From contig JBITNC010000001.1 in the NCBI GenBank assembly GCA_050084985.1, positions 3,472,001 to 3,536,000 of the forward strand: a DNA stretch of 64,000 nt, written 5' to 3'. Below the pieces are notes generated by a model. It saw only the letters and a program-made list of their open reading frames with translations. It had not been told where the DNA came from and searched no databases. Shown here piece by piece: positions 39,248 through 51,459 of this stretch (position 1 is its first letter; each line of letters opens with the position of its first letter). Source of the stretch: Nageia nagi (Eukaryota > Plantae > Pinophyta). Position numbers and translations under genes: made by a program.

Positions 39248-40731
39248 CTGGAAGCAATGAATGTTTTCGAATGAGTGATCATTTCAAGATAGAAGTTTGA
39301 TATCATATTTGAATAGATAATTGAAATACCTAAAAGCATGTTTAGCAACATAATTAAATTGTTGAAGAAAACTGACAATATTATAAAAGTGAAATGCATC
39401 AGATCTCCTTGTAATAACTCCATTCTAATCAGTCAAGCAAATTTGAAAGTTATTGCACATGAGGGAGGACTTCAAAACCAGTAATTTGAACTTTCCAACA
39501 TGCCACCCAAAACCACCACATAGAATATTGTCTACATGGTAGCACATCTTTGCCAACTGTAGATGTTCAAATTTGCATTTTGGTTGTTTAAAATGTATTT
39601 ATTAAGTATTTTATCTTGTAATAATATGTAATTTTTTTTTGTTCAAATAATCCTATGGGGACTAGAAATGCAATAAATCAAGGATACGCAGGTATGCATC
39701 CCCCCCTCCCAGACAACCGTTCCCGACGTTTCCAGCATTAGGGAACGGGGTAACGTCTCCCAACCATTCCCAATTTGGGGAGCAGTTGGGAGACGTCTCC
39801 GAAACATCTCCTACCCTACCTTAGACGTTCCTGAAATGTTTCGGGAAAAGCAAACATCTAGGGAGCGGCTAGGATGCTCCCGGGAGCAACTAGCCACTTT
39901 TGGCAGCTCCCCATGTGGATGGGCGGCTGGAGGAAGGAAAAAAAAAACTCAATCTTAAATTTAAAAAAGAGGCATGGGGTGGGTCCCACACATGCCCCCA
40001 CCCCTCTAAACCCTATAAACACAAACATAAAGCCTCTTAATTGCAAAACACACTCATTTCATTTGTGTGTAGCCTTGAGGAGCAAAGAACAACAGTGAGG
40101 AGGAAAAAACACTGCAGTAAGGAGGAGATGTGCAACTGTTGGTAGGATTGTCGTTGGAGGATGTCCATTTGGATGATGAGAGCAGCTCATCAAATAGCCT
40201 TGTTGATCAAGAGGATGATATTGATTACAATCAGAAAAGCCCTGAGAGCCATAGTTTGATAGTTCATAGTTGTGATTTTGGCATTTAATGATATTATGGC
40301 ATTATGATCATTGATTATGGCTCATTTTCATATTATGTTTCAATGTTTCATATGATTGAATTGATAATATTATAATAATGAAGAATTAGAAACAATCACA
40401 TTTAAAAAATCTAAAAATTCTAGGATATTTTACTAGTATTACACTAGCCGCTCCCTGATGAGTCTCAAAAACCACCTGCTTTTGACCTGGTTTTATGATC
40501 TATTCTGTATATTTGGACACTATACAACTGATGAATTCTAACTGCTGAACTACTTATTTGCTTAATTTATGATGAAATGCATACTTTCCTTTTGTTGATA
40601 TTTTGTGTGTACTGATGATATTTGTGTGTCTATTTTAAGTCAAAATGCTTCATTCTACTTTTTGGAGTGCTGAGTGGTAACATGGCTGGTTCACAAGCAT
40701 TGTCAGGAAGGCTTTCAAATGACTTCTGAGT

Positions 40732-40985
40732 TGTCTGGAGCTTCGCTCCAGACACATCTGGTATTATACTTGGCAATGTGGGGTTAGACCTGTCTGGCGC
40801 CTTTGTTCCAGACTTGTTTGAAGCTCCAAACCTTGTTCTTGGCCTTGTCTGGAGTTTCGCTCCAGACACATTCAAAGTTCATTTTACATGGCTAAGGCTC
40901 ATATTCAGACACATTTGAGGTATCTGTTCTAGACATGTCTGGAGCTGCCGCTCCAGACTCATCCGAAGCACCCATTCCAGACTTG
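40732..40985. repeat. Degenerate array of palindromic TGTCTGGAGC-N3/4-GCTCCAGACA motifs in the Athila LTR (repeated at 51789-52042)
   Basis: Perfect hairpin at 40732-54; variants at 40791, 40846 and 40936; further half sites. Confidence 0.8.
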
Positions 40986-42886
40986 AAGTTCGGAAGATTG
41001 ACTATTTCAGTTGACCCTATCAGCAGCTCTACGTCCACTTGGCAGAATTCCTACATTTGTGCAAATCGAACTGCTCCAGATTTAGCCTGAAGCATGATTT
41101 CAAACACACTAATATTCTCAGAGTCAATTCTTGTTTTGTGGAGTATGTTTGACTCCAGAAAATATGTGTTAGGCTATTTATGTCTAGCTAGGATAGTGCC
41201 ATCTCATTTGGATGAGCTGTCCTTTTCTCAAGGGATTATAGCTCTCCTTAAATAAGAGCATACATTTATTAGTATGATGATTTTAGCACTAAGTTAGTTT
41301 TGATCCTAGGAATAAGGGATTCTAAATATTGTTCAGATTATTGTTATTTTTGACCAAGCCTATTGTTAAACAATGGAGGATGTTAAATACCTCAGTTGTT
41401 GACAGTAGGAGGTTAGGAAATTAAGAAAGTATTGTGTGAATAACATTATTGTGTGAAAGCTTTGTATTTAGATTTGTCAAGCACATTCTGTGCAAGACGA
41501 ACTGCATGCAGCAATAAAGTGATCTGTTAAGGAGTTTTCAGTTATGAGTTTCTTTAAGTCTTCCACCAAGAGGAGCAAGGGCCCACTCCAAATGGTAGAA
41601 GACTCTTTTATCTCTCTGTATTTTTGTAGTGTAAAGTGTGAATTTGCTTTAAGTTCAGCATTTTCCAGTTTGTCTCTCTTTTAGTATTTCAGATTCCCGT
41701 ACTTTCAATTCTGCAACGTTCAGTTCTGCACATTTGCTTTCTGCCATTTTGCTTGAAGTAGATACAGCTTAGAGAGCAGAGCTCAATAGCATACAGCCTT
41801 GAACACCTCCCGGATTTGATAAAAGTAATGAAGGGGATAAATGTTGATATTCCAAACTTAGTGAGAGGCAACTAAAGGCTTTCCTGAGTGTTGGTGTACC
41901 AGCTCTTTGAGTTAACTGGTCCCTTCACAATAACAGGTGTGAGGATCACTAAGGGGAGGGTAGTGACAGCCCTGGGGGAATTTGGAGTGTCATTATTTTA
42001 ACTCATCATTTTGGCGCCGTTGCCGGGGAAAACGATGTTGATTGAGCTATCCCTGTAGTTCTTAAGGATAGGGGACTTGACAGAGCCAATTTGCAATCGG
42101 GTTCCGTCCTGGTTCCTCAATTCTTAACAGAATGAGTGGCCCCAATAACCTATATTAAGAATCTGCAGAGAACTGTTGTTGAAGTTGTAATAGTTTGGTT
42201 TGATTATTTGCTTGAGAATGTATGAATAGATTAAGAGATAATAAAGGGAGATTTGTTAGTAGTAAAGGACAAGGTAGTGAGAAAGAAGTTGTAGGAAAAC
42301 CACAGAAAACACAAAAATCAGTACCACAAAAACCCCCCAAAAATAAAAAGTTGGATTCAGGAAAGGTTGTGGAAGAACAAGGAAGTAGTATAGTTGTTGA
42401 AGAACATCAGGTGGAGCAACCAGAAGAAACTAGGCCAAAGCCTAGACCTGTGGAAGAAATTGAGCCAACACGTGCAGAAGAGGAGTCAGCTCACAGTCCA
42501 GAACGTGCACATCCAGAAATTGCAGAAGAAACACCTTTCATTAGTCCATCCTTACCACCATTTCTGAGATTTTCAGATCCACCTAAACAATATAGGAGAT
42601 TTACAGATACATCTCCTTTAGCACCTGTACGGTTTGCAGAATTAACTCTTCAGCCAAATTTGGTTGAGACTGCTTCGGATACAGTCACTCCGACCCCAAC
42701 ATCTCATCCATTCATCCATTCCTTTGATAAACCGTCACCATTATCCAGTAGTCAACCTCTTTCTAGTGAAAGTGATTTGAAGCTGAGAAGGAGGCAGCCA
42801 AGGAACCCTTCCCTATTCACTACTGCAAAGGTAGTATACCAGAGTTGGATCACAGTTGGAGTATATATATCAATCCGCTGGTCAAT

Positions 42887-45800
42887 ATGTCTGGCGGAAG
42901 TGGTGGTTCTGGAGTAGGGGGTATTCCTCCTCAAATGCCAACCCAAACTTTCACTTATCCCATTCGGCTTGCTGCTGGAACTCAGGCTCCTATGAAAAAT
43001 ATTTCACCATCAGTCTTACCTATTTTCAGAGGTCTTTCTAGTGAAGATCCAGATCAGTTCTTGTTTGAGTTCAAAATATTGTGCAAAACTTATGACTATG
43101 AAATGGATGAACAGAAATTAAAACTCTTTCCATCCACTCTGAAGGACAATGCAATGAGGTGGTTCATGGGACTACCTCCAGATTCTATCTCTACTTGGCA
43201 AGAAATGGAAAGAGCCTTCTTAGAAAAATATCAAGAGTATTGTCGAGTTAAAGATAGGAAGGATGAACTGTTTCGGCTCACACAGGCAGCCTCAGAAAGC
43301 CTTGAAGATTATCTTGACAGATTCCTATTTGTTCAGAAGAGAGTGGGTACAACCATGGATCCAGAATTCTCCAAGACCATTTTTTTAAGAGGGCTTCTGG
43401 ATTCCACATTGGAAGTCCTCAATCTGATGGGAAAAGGTAATGTCAATAAGCTAACTCTTGATGAAATTGTGGAACTCTGCAGAAACTATTCAAGGACCAG
43501 ATCACAGAAGAGAAGCGACAGGTTTCAGAATGATGGTCGAATGGAGACTGGATTAGCAAGTGAAATCAAAGAAGAATTTGCTAACTTCAGGACTGATGTT
43601 CTGTTTGAATTAAGTCAATTGAAGGGTACAGCAAACAAACTGAAAGAGATCCAGGAGTCTCTCCAATCTACAGGTTCAAAGAAAGAGGCCACAGATGAGT
43701 TCTCATCAAGATACTGTCCTAGATGCCGAAAGAAGCATGCTTTACATGAATGTCCATTGAACACTACCCATATATGCAGCCTATGCAATAATGACCATCT
43801 AACAGATGATTGTGACTATCTAACAATAGCACAAATGTCCGTAGCAGCTCCAAACATGAACATGAATTATATGGGAGCAATGGGGCCTAGGGGAAATAAC
43901 AATTTTCAAGGGAACCCAAATCCTTATTTTTCTAGGCCAACAAATCAGAATTGGTGGAATATGCCACACAATTCCCCATGGATGGCAAATCAGGATTGGC
44001 AACCTTATGGATGGGAGCCTCCACAATGGAATCCACAATGGCAGCAATATGGAGGACAAAATCGGCAGAACTGGAATAATCAAGGACAGCGAAGGCAAGG
44101 TTTGTTGCCACCACCCATTAATCAGCAACAACAAATTAATCAGCAACAACAAATGAATCAGCAGCAACACCCTCCAAAGCAACCTGCTCTTCCAGCCCAA
44201 CCTGTTCCCAACCCAAATAATAACAGGCAAGCTCCAGCGCCTGCCTATCAAATTGATCAAGAAGACATCACATCAGTGAATGCTATCCAATGTAATGAAA
44301 TTGAACTTCGATCTGGTAAGAAATTGCCGGATCCTGCACCTCCTGTTATCGTAGAAGTAGAGGCAAACAGCTCAGACGAATCTCTAGAAGAACAAGTGCA
44401 GGATAGTCAGGAGCTACCAACAGAAACAGTTCCACCTGCATATAATAAGGAGCTCCAGACAACAGCCAGTCCATATCCAGAGAGACTGATTGGAAAACCA
44501 CAAGAGATTGAATCAGAACTGCTGCAAAGGGTAAGGAAATTGAATATTTCTATACCTATATTGCAAGCAATTAAACAAGTTCCTGAGCTAAACAAGCTAG
44601 TTAAAGAATTATGCATCCGAAAGGGAGGAAGAAGGAAGAAAGTCTATCCAAAGACTATTAAAGTAGATGGTAAAGTAGCTGACCTTTTAGCCGGAAATTT
44701 GGTCATTCCTAAGTATGGGGATCCAGGTAACCCTGTTATTACCATTTCTATAGGAGACACTAAAGTGCCCAACGTGTTAGTTGATCTGGGAGCAGCAATA
44801 AATATCATGACTTTGGACATGTCTCAGAAATTATTTCTGACAAATATACAGCCCACCTCAACTATGTTACAGATGGCAGATCGAACAGTAGCTAAGCCAG
44901 AGGGAATTATAGAAGATGTCCAAATTACAGTAGATTCCTGGAGCTATCCAGTGGACTTCCTGCTTTTAAAAACAAGAGCACAACCTTCTGGATATCCAGT
45001 CATCTTGGGTAGACCATGGTTAGCCACTGCAGCTGCATACATCAACTGTAGGTCTGGAGATATGACCATTTCTAATGGTCTAAATACAAAGACACTTTCT
45101 TTGTACCCACCTGCCCAACCAACATTGGAATATCACAATCAGATATGGATTGATGAGCCTGATATGGATGCACAAGACACTTTTGCAACACTAGCAACTA
45201 TTACCATCAAGGACCATGTTGAGGAAATCGAAGAAGATCCTAGTCTGGAACAGATACAGTACCACTGTCTGGAGCCACAGGATGAAGAATCAGAAGACAG
45301 TGATGAAGAGAAGGGAGATAAAGGGATCGAACCATTACAAAGCATTATTTTTAATGTTCCTTCAGAAGAACAAGCAGCCGTTTTGGCAATGTTCAAATGC
45401 CCCCTTACTCACATTGTTCCAAAAGGGGATTTGTTCAGGGAAAGCACAAGAGTATTTCATTCTTTATTTCCACACTCTTGTCCTTTGAATTCCCTGGTTC
45501 AACTTCCAGAACAAAGTAACCTGACCAAACCTGGGATTAAGACTGTTGAAGTATTACCAGGAAAAACTCTTAATATCAACAGTTGGTTGACAGATGAACA
45601 AGAGAAGAAGCTTTTTGACGTCCTGACAGCCCATACTGAGGCTTTTGCCTGGGATTATTCAGACATGAAAGGAATTCATCCAGATATTTGTACCCATCAT
45701 ATATATACGGATGAAACCAGACCTGTCCAACAGCCTCCCAGACGAATAAATCCTGCACTGAAAGTTGTTAAGACTGAAATTGAGAAGCTATTGAAAGCAG

Positions 45801-48385
45801 AATTCATCTATCCTATCTCAGATAGTCAGTGGGTCTGACCATTGGTGATAGTACCTAAGAAAAACGGCAAGTGGAGGGTATGTGTTGACTAGAGAGCCCT
45901 CAATAAAGTTACATTCAGAGACCACTTTCCATTGCCTTTTATTGATCAAGTGTTAGACACTTTGTCTAGTAAGCAGTATTTCTCTTTCCTAGATGGATTT
46001 AGTGGTTATAACCAAATACAAATTGCAGAAGAAGATCAGGGCAAGACCACATTTACTTGTGCATGGGGTACATATGCTTACAAAGTTCTTCCATTTGGCT
46101 TGTGTAATGCACCAGCAACTTTCCAAAGAGCTGTACTAGCAATCTTTTCAGATTTGACTAATGATTGCGTTGAAGTGTACATGGATGACTTCACAGTGTA
46201 TGGCAACACTTTTGAAGATGCATTGAGGAACTTAGAAAAAGTCTTGGTAAGATGCAAAATGCATAATCTATCCTTAAGCCATGAAAAATGTTTTATGCTT
46301 GTACAGGAGGGAATAGTTTTGGGTCATCATATTTCAGCCCAAGGGATTCAGGTGGATCCCAAGAAGATAGAAGTCATTAAGCAACTTCCTCAACCTGAGA
46401 CTCAAACAGATGTCCGAAGCTTTTTGGGACATGCTGGATACTATAGAAGATTTATAGAAAATTTCAGCAAAATAGCAGCTCCATTATTTGCCCTGCTGCA
46501 TAAGGACAATGAATTTGAATGGACGGCTGACTGTGAAGAAGCTTTTCAAACCATCAAAGAAAAACTCACCACAACTCCTGTGTTGAGAGGTCCAAATTGG
46601 GAACTTCCATTCCACATTCATACGGATGCCTCAAATTATGCTATTGGAGCAGTCCTAGGACAAGAAGAACCAAGTAAGTCCCCATATGCTATTTATTACA
46701 TAAGCAAAAACTTGGTAGGAGCTGAAAGAAATTATACTACTACAGAAAAAGAATTCCTAGCAGTAGTGTATGCCATCAATAAATTTAGACACTATATCAC
46801 AGGATACCAAGTGTTTGTTCATACTGACCATGCTGCCATTAAATATCTCATGAACAAACCTGTGGTAAGTGGAAGAATTGTGAGATGGTTGCTGTTATTA
46901 CAGGAGTTTAATGTGACTATAATTGATAAACCTGGCAAGACAAATGTAGTAGCAGATTTCTTGTCTAGACTGAACATCATTCGAGAAGATGAGCTTGTGG
47001 AGGACACTTTTCCAGATGAACAACTATTTGTAATCTCTACCCAATCTCCATGGTTTGCAGACATTGCTAATTATCTTGCCACTGGAAGAATTCCTCCATA
47101 TCTGTCTCCAAATCAGAGGAAACAATTAATAAAACAAAGTACATCATACAAGTGGGTGGATGGATTACTGTTTAAATATGGACCTGGTTGTGCACTCCGA
47201 AGGTGTTTACGTACTGATGAAGTATTTGATGTCATCCGTGCATGTCATGATGAACCTTCAGGAGGACACTATTCTGACAAACGGACCATTCACAAAGTCC
47301 TAGGAGCTGGTTATTTTTGGCCTTCAATGCACAAAGATATTAGGAAATATGTGAGGCAATGTGATCAATGTCAACGGATGGGTAGACCAACTGGTACTAC
47401 TCAGATGCCATTGCAGCCGCAATGGATGCTTGAACCATTCGAGCAATGGGGCATCGACTTTGTTGGGCCTATTAATCCTCCATCTCAAGGTAAGAAACAT
47501 ATACTGGTCTGTACTGATTATGCCACTAAGTGGGTAGAAGTAATAGCTTTGGCACATGCAAAAGAAGAATTTGTGGCAGATTTTCTGTATAACAACATTA
47601 TGCAGAGATTTGGAGCTCCTCGATTTCTGGTTTCTGATCAAGGTCCACAGTTCATGTCAAAGACAATACAACATTTTGTGAACCAATACCAGATCCGACA
47701 CAAGAAGGCTTCACCCTATCATCCACAGACAAATGGACAAGTTGAAGTTACTAACAGAGAGCTGGAAAACATATTGACCAAGACTGTAGCTTCACACAGA
47801 AGAGATTGGGTACTCAGGCTTCCTGAAGCAGTTTGGGCATACAATACCATGTGGAAATCCACCACTGGATTTACTCCATATGAATTAGTCTTTGGTAAGA
47901 AGCCTCTATTACCCATTGAATTTGAGCTCCAGATCCTGAGAATGGCCTTAGAGGTTGAATTGGACATAACAGAAGTACAGAAAAATCGACTGCTGCAGCT
48001 AAATGAGCTGGATGAGATAAGAATGGAGGCCTTGCATAATACAGAAATTATCCAACATCAGCGAAAGCTTTGGCATGATAAAAATTTGAAACAGAACCAG
48101 TTTCAAGTAGGACAATGGGCCTTGTTATTTGACACCCGCTATAATGATTTTATAGGGAAACTTCAAACACGATGGTTGGGGCCATATAAGATTCTTCAAA
48201 TATTCCCTAATGGTTCAGTCCAGTTACAGCCAATCGACGACTCTTCGAAGGATTCTCCTGGTTAATGGACATCGCCTCCGACCATATTTGATACCAACAA
48301 CGAAGGAGCAATTCACACAGCAGATACGGGTAGCAGACCCTGGTGTATCCGAGGAAGCCTCTTCTTCCTCGGGTATAGTTAAATA
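42887..48385 (+). pseudogene. Athila gag-pol (Gag, protease, RT, RNase H, integrase), interrupted
   Basis: FRGLSSEDPDQFL/KLKLFPSTL gag; LVDLGAAIN protease; YMDDF RT; HTDAS RNase H; GIDFVGP/SDQG/NGQVE integrase; in-frame stops at 45836 and 45890; frameshift near 48245 before LLVNGHRLRPYL. Confidence 0.92.
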
Positions 48386-49115
48386 AATTCTTGATCAGTC
48401 CTATGAATAAGTGATTTCAGTGAACGTGGCAGTCAGTAAGTGAAAACCAGGATGACTGGCGCTTATTGGGTGAAAACCACTGACATTGGAAACAGAATAA
48501 AAAAAAAAAAACAAAAAAAAAAAAATAATAATAAAGTGGTCATCTGCAGGACTTCTGTTCCACTGAGGTTGATAAAGCCTCACGAGTTACGTGGATCCTG
48601 CATGTGTGGCGAAACTGTGGCTCCGGATTGCGTTTCTCCAGACGTGTTTAGGAGTTGCCAGCTTTTCTCGCCTTACCTTTCGTGCAACGCGCCAGATAGG
48701 ATCTTGGATTGACTTTCCATTCCTATTTCCTAGATGGCGCGATTTTCCAGCATTGGTAACAATAACTGAGACACCTACATCATACGTGCCAAACTTCACT
48801 TGATGCGTCACGTGTCAGCCAGAATACATCGCGTTCACTATGGCAGCAGACGACGGCGTTCGATTCCATGCGCTTTCTTCAAGGCGTGATCTCAGCATAT
48901 CCGGCTTAGTCACTTTCACATGTGTATCCGTACCTGTCACATCCGCTAGATATCGCATTAAGTGGTATGTTATTTTAATCATAGTTAGGCAATTAATAGT
49001 TTGCATGTTTAAATTTATCAGTTGTGTCCAAAAACCGTCAACCAGCATTCCCGGCCACCTTTCGAACTCCTGTAACTCCAAAGAGCCGAACAATACCAGC
49101 AGATCAACAGGTGTC

Positions 49116-51459
49116 ATGGGTCCGAAGCGGCGGGAAGAGCCCAGTTCCATTGCAGAATTAGTGCAAAATCAAGCAGTAACAGACATATTTCAGAATGCAC
49201 GATGGTTGCAGTTTTTCCGTTTGTTTCAAGGCCACGAGCCTTGGTTGGTTAAGGAATTCGCTACGCAGTTTGCTGGCGATTCAGTCACCATTCGTGGCCA
49301 TACAATTCCTATCTCGCCCATGGTAATAAGCACGATATCAGGAATTCCAGCAGAAGGGGAAGTGTTGGTCGCAGGAAAGGAATCTCCTGACGATGTCCTG
49401 GATGCTTTCCATGTTCTAGCTGAACCTCGAGCCACAAAAATACGCAGCAAAGGTCGAGACAGAGGTATTTATCGAGTCACCTTACCTTCACCATGGAATG
49501 AAGTTGCTATTTGGGTGCTTAAATACTTCTTCTGCGAAGGACAGTATGCACAACTACAGGGTCATCAATTGCGGCTCTTGGTCCAGCTTCGCCATCCGGG
49601 AGATTATACTTATAATATTCCTCAATTCCTGTATGATAGCCTTTTATCTATGGCCACCAAGTGGCAGGAAACGAGGCAGACTGCTCCATTAAAGCATCAT
49701 GGCCTGATTACTTTGCTCTGCAGAGAGCATTTTTATAGACATGGAGGAGAAGCGGCATGGAGAACATTTCTAGGACCAGACTTTATCGGTTTACCTCAAA
49801 GTAGCTTGTATCAGTTAGGAAGTGCTTCATCCGCTGCGGTTAATGCGCCAGGCCACTCCCTTGCTGAATCCCATGCGGAACTGCCGGCGGAATCACCTAC
49901 CAAACGTCCGCGAGTTGCTCCATCGGCTGCCATCTCATCACCCGCCCGTCTGCAGTCTGCTCAGCGCCTAGACTTTACTGAAGATGTTGCGTTTGAACCG
50001 CCAGAATGCGGCGGTTCCTCTTTTAATTTACCCAGCACGTCCAGCGCGCCAAATGAATCCCCTGCTATTTTATTAGCTCGTATACAGGAGCTTGAAGATG
50101 CCACTTCCCGACTGGAGCAGGACAAGACTCAACTCCGGATGCAGAAGGATGACATGGTGCTTATGTGCCGTGAATTGATAGCAGAAAATGCAAAACTGAA
50201 GAACACCCACCTGTCTACCCAGAGTCTTCATAGCATGATCAGGCACATTTCCTCTGAACACCTGGCTCTCAAAGAACGGGTGTATGCCAACAATGATTTA
50301 CTGGCTGCAGTACAAGCAGCGAATTCCCGCTCTAGCCAGCTTGAAGCGGATGTTATAAGTCTGCAGCATCAGTTGGCACAGGAACAGCAAGCCTACTCAG
50401 ATTTGGAAGCAACCCACGGGATATTGGTCCATGAATTCCAGAATTTGAAGACTCGCCATGATGAAGCACATGACAAAATTGCAGAGCTTCAGTCTCGTCC
50501 TCAGACACCAGCCATCCCACAACAACTCATACAGGATATTTCTTCCATTTTTGAAGAAATTCTTCACGTACGTCCACCCTCTTCCGTTTACGCAGTGTAC
50601 CTGAAGGAGCTCTACCTTCGCTGGCAATTGCAGCAGATTAAGGTTGGACGCCCTTACTGTTTAGTGACACCTCAGCAGTTTTTGCAGGAATATTCAGTCG
50701 CCCAATGCGAAACTCGCTACCTCGTGTGAGTTTTTCATTCATGGTTTCTGTGTTCCTCATGAACGCGGGTTCTTTGTCAATTTATATGTGGGGGAGGTAC
50801 AACTGCGGGCATTTGTGTCTGCCCTGTTTAATCAAATTCAATGGAGAAAAGAGTTGGCCCAATTTCATCAATGTCAAACCAGCACCCCTTTTCTCATAAG
50901 GATAGAGGCTTATTATCCGCAACAATTTCAAGCAATGCTGCAAGCTCTCTTGTTACAAGGACCTGTTAAGACCCAATATCAGACAGCAATTGCTCACTGT
51001 GTGACTGACTGTCAGGCAGTCCTTCAGAATACGTTTGATGAAGCAGTAGTGTGTTGTAACACACGCTGGATGGATTTATCTGATGAACTCTGCCTCAGGG
51101 AGATTTTCACACCTACCAACATGTATTGGAGTCGGCGTCGAGCACTTTCTGTTATTTCAGTACTGGAAGAAGATCCTACAAGTTGGCTGGGGAGTCAATT
51201 CCGTCCTCCTCTCATTTTATTTCCAGTACCTAGACTAGATGAACAAGCCCGTCAATCAGATGCAGTCTTTTCAGCATGGCAGACTAGACTTATCAGACAG
51301 CGTGGTGGCGGAGCATATGTTCCACAAGTTCAACAAGGCACAGTGAATATCAGGACCCGCCAGAGACTCCAGTTAGCTGATTGTCTTTACGATCTAGCTA
51401 TTTTAGCTCATACCCCTACAGTTGTTACTGTTTCAGATAGTTCTAGTGACTCTGATTAA
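49116..51459 (+). CDS. Athila 3' extra ('env-like') ORF: putative plant transposon domain plus coiled coil, split by one frameshift at ~50725
   Basis: ATG 49116 (MGPKRREEP); LVKEFATQF..VTIRGHTIPISPMVISTISGIP; heptad-rich segment; continues as EFFIHGFCVPHERGFFVNLYVGEVQL into the 223-aa ORF. Confidence 0.7.

Noticed and set aside
40732-40985. CRISPR-like repeat-spacer array
   Set aside because: Repeats are degenerate, irregularly spaced, and duplicated as part of both LTRs.
44000-44250. Q/N/W/P-rich segment as a separate prion-like gene
   Set aside because: It is the low-complexity linker between Gag and protease in the Athila polyprotein.
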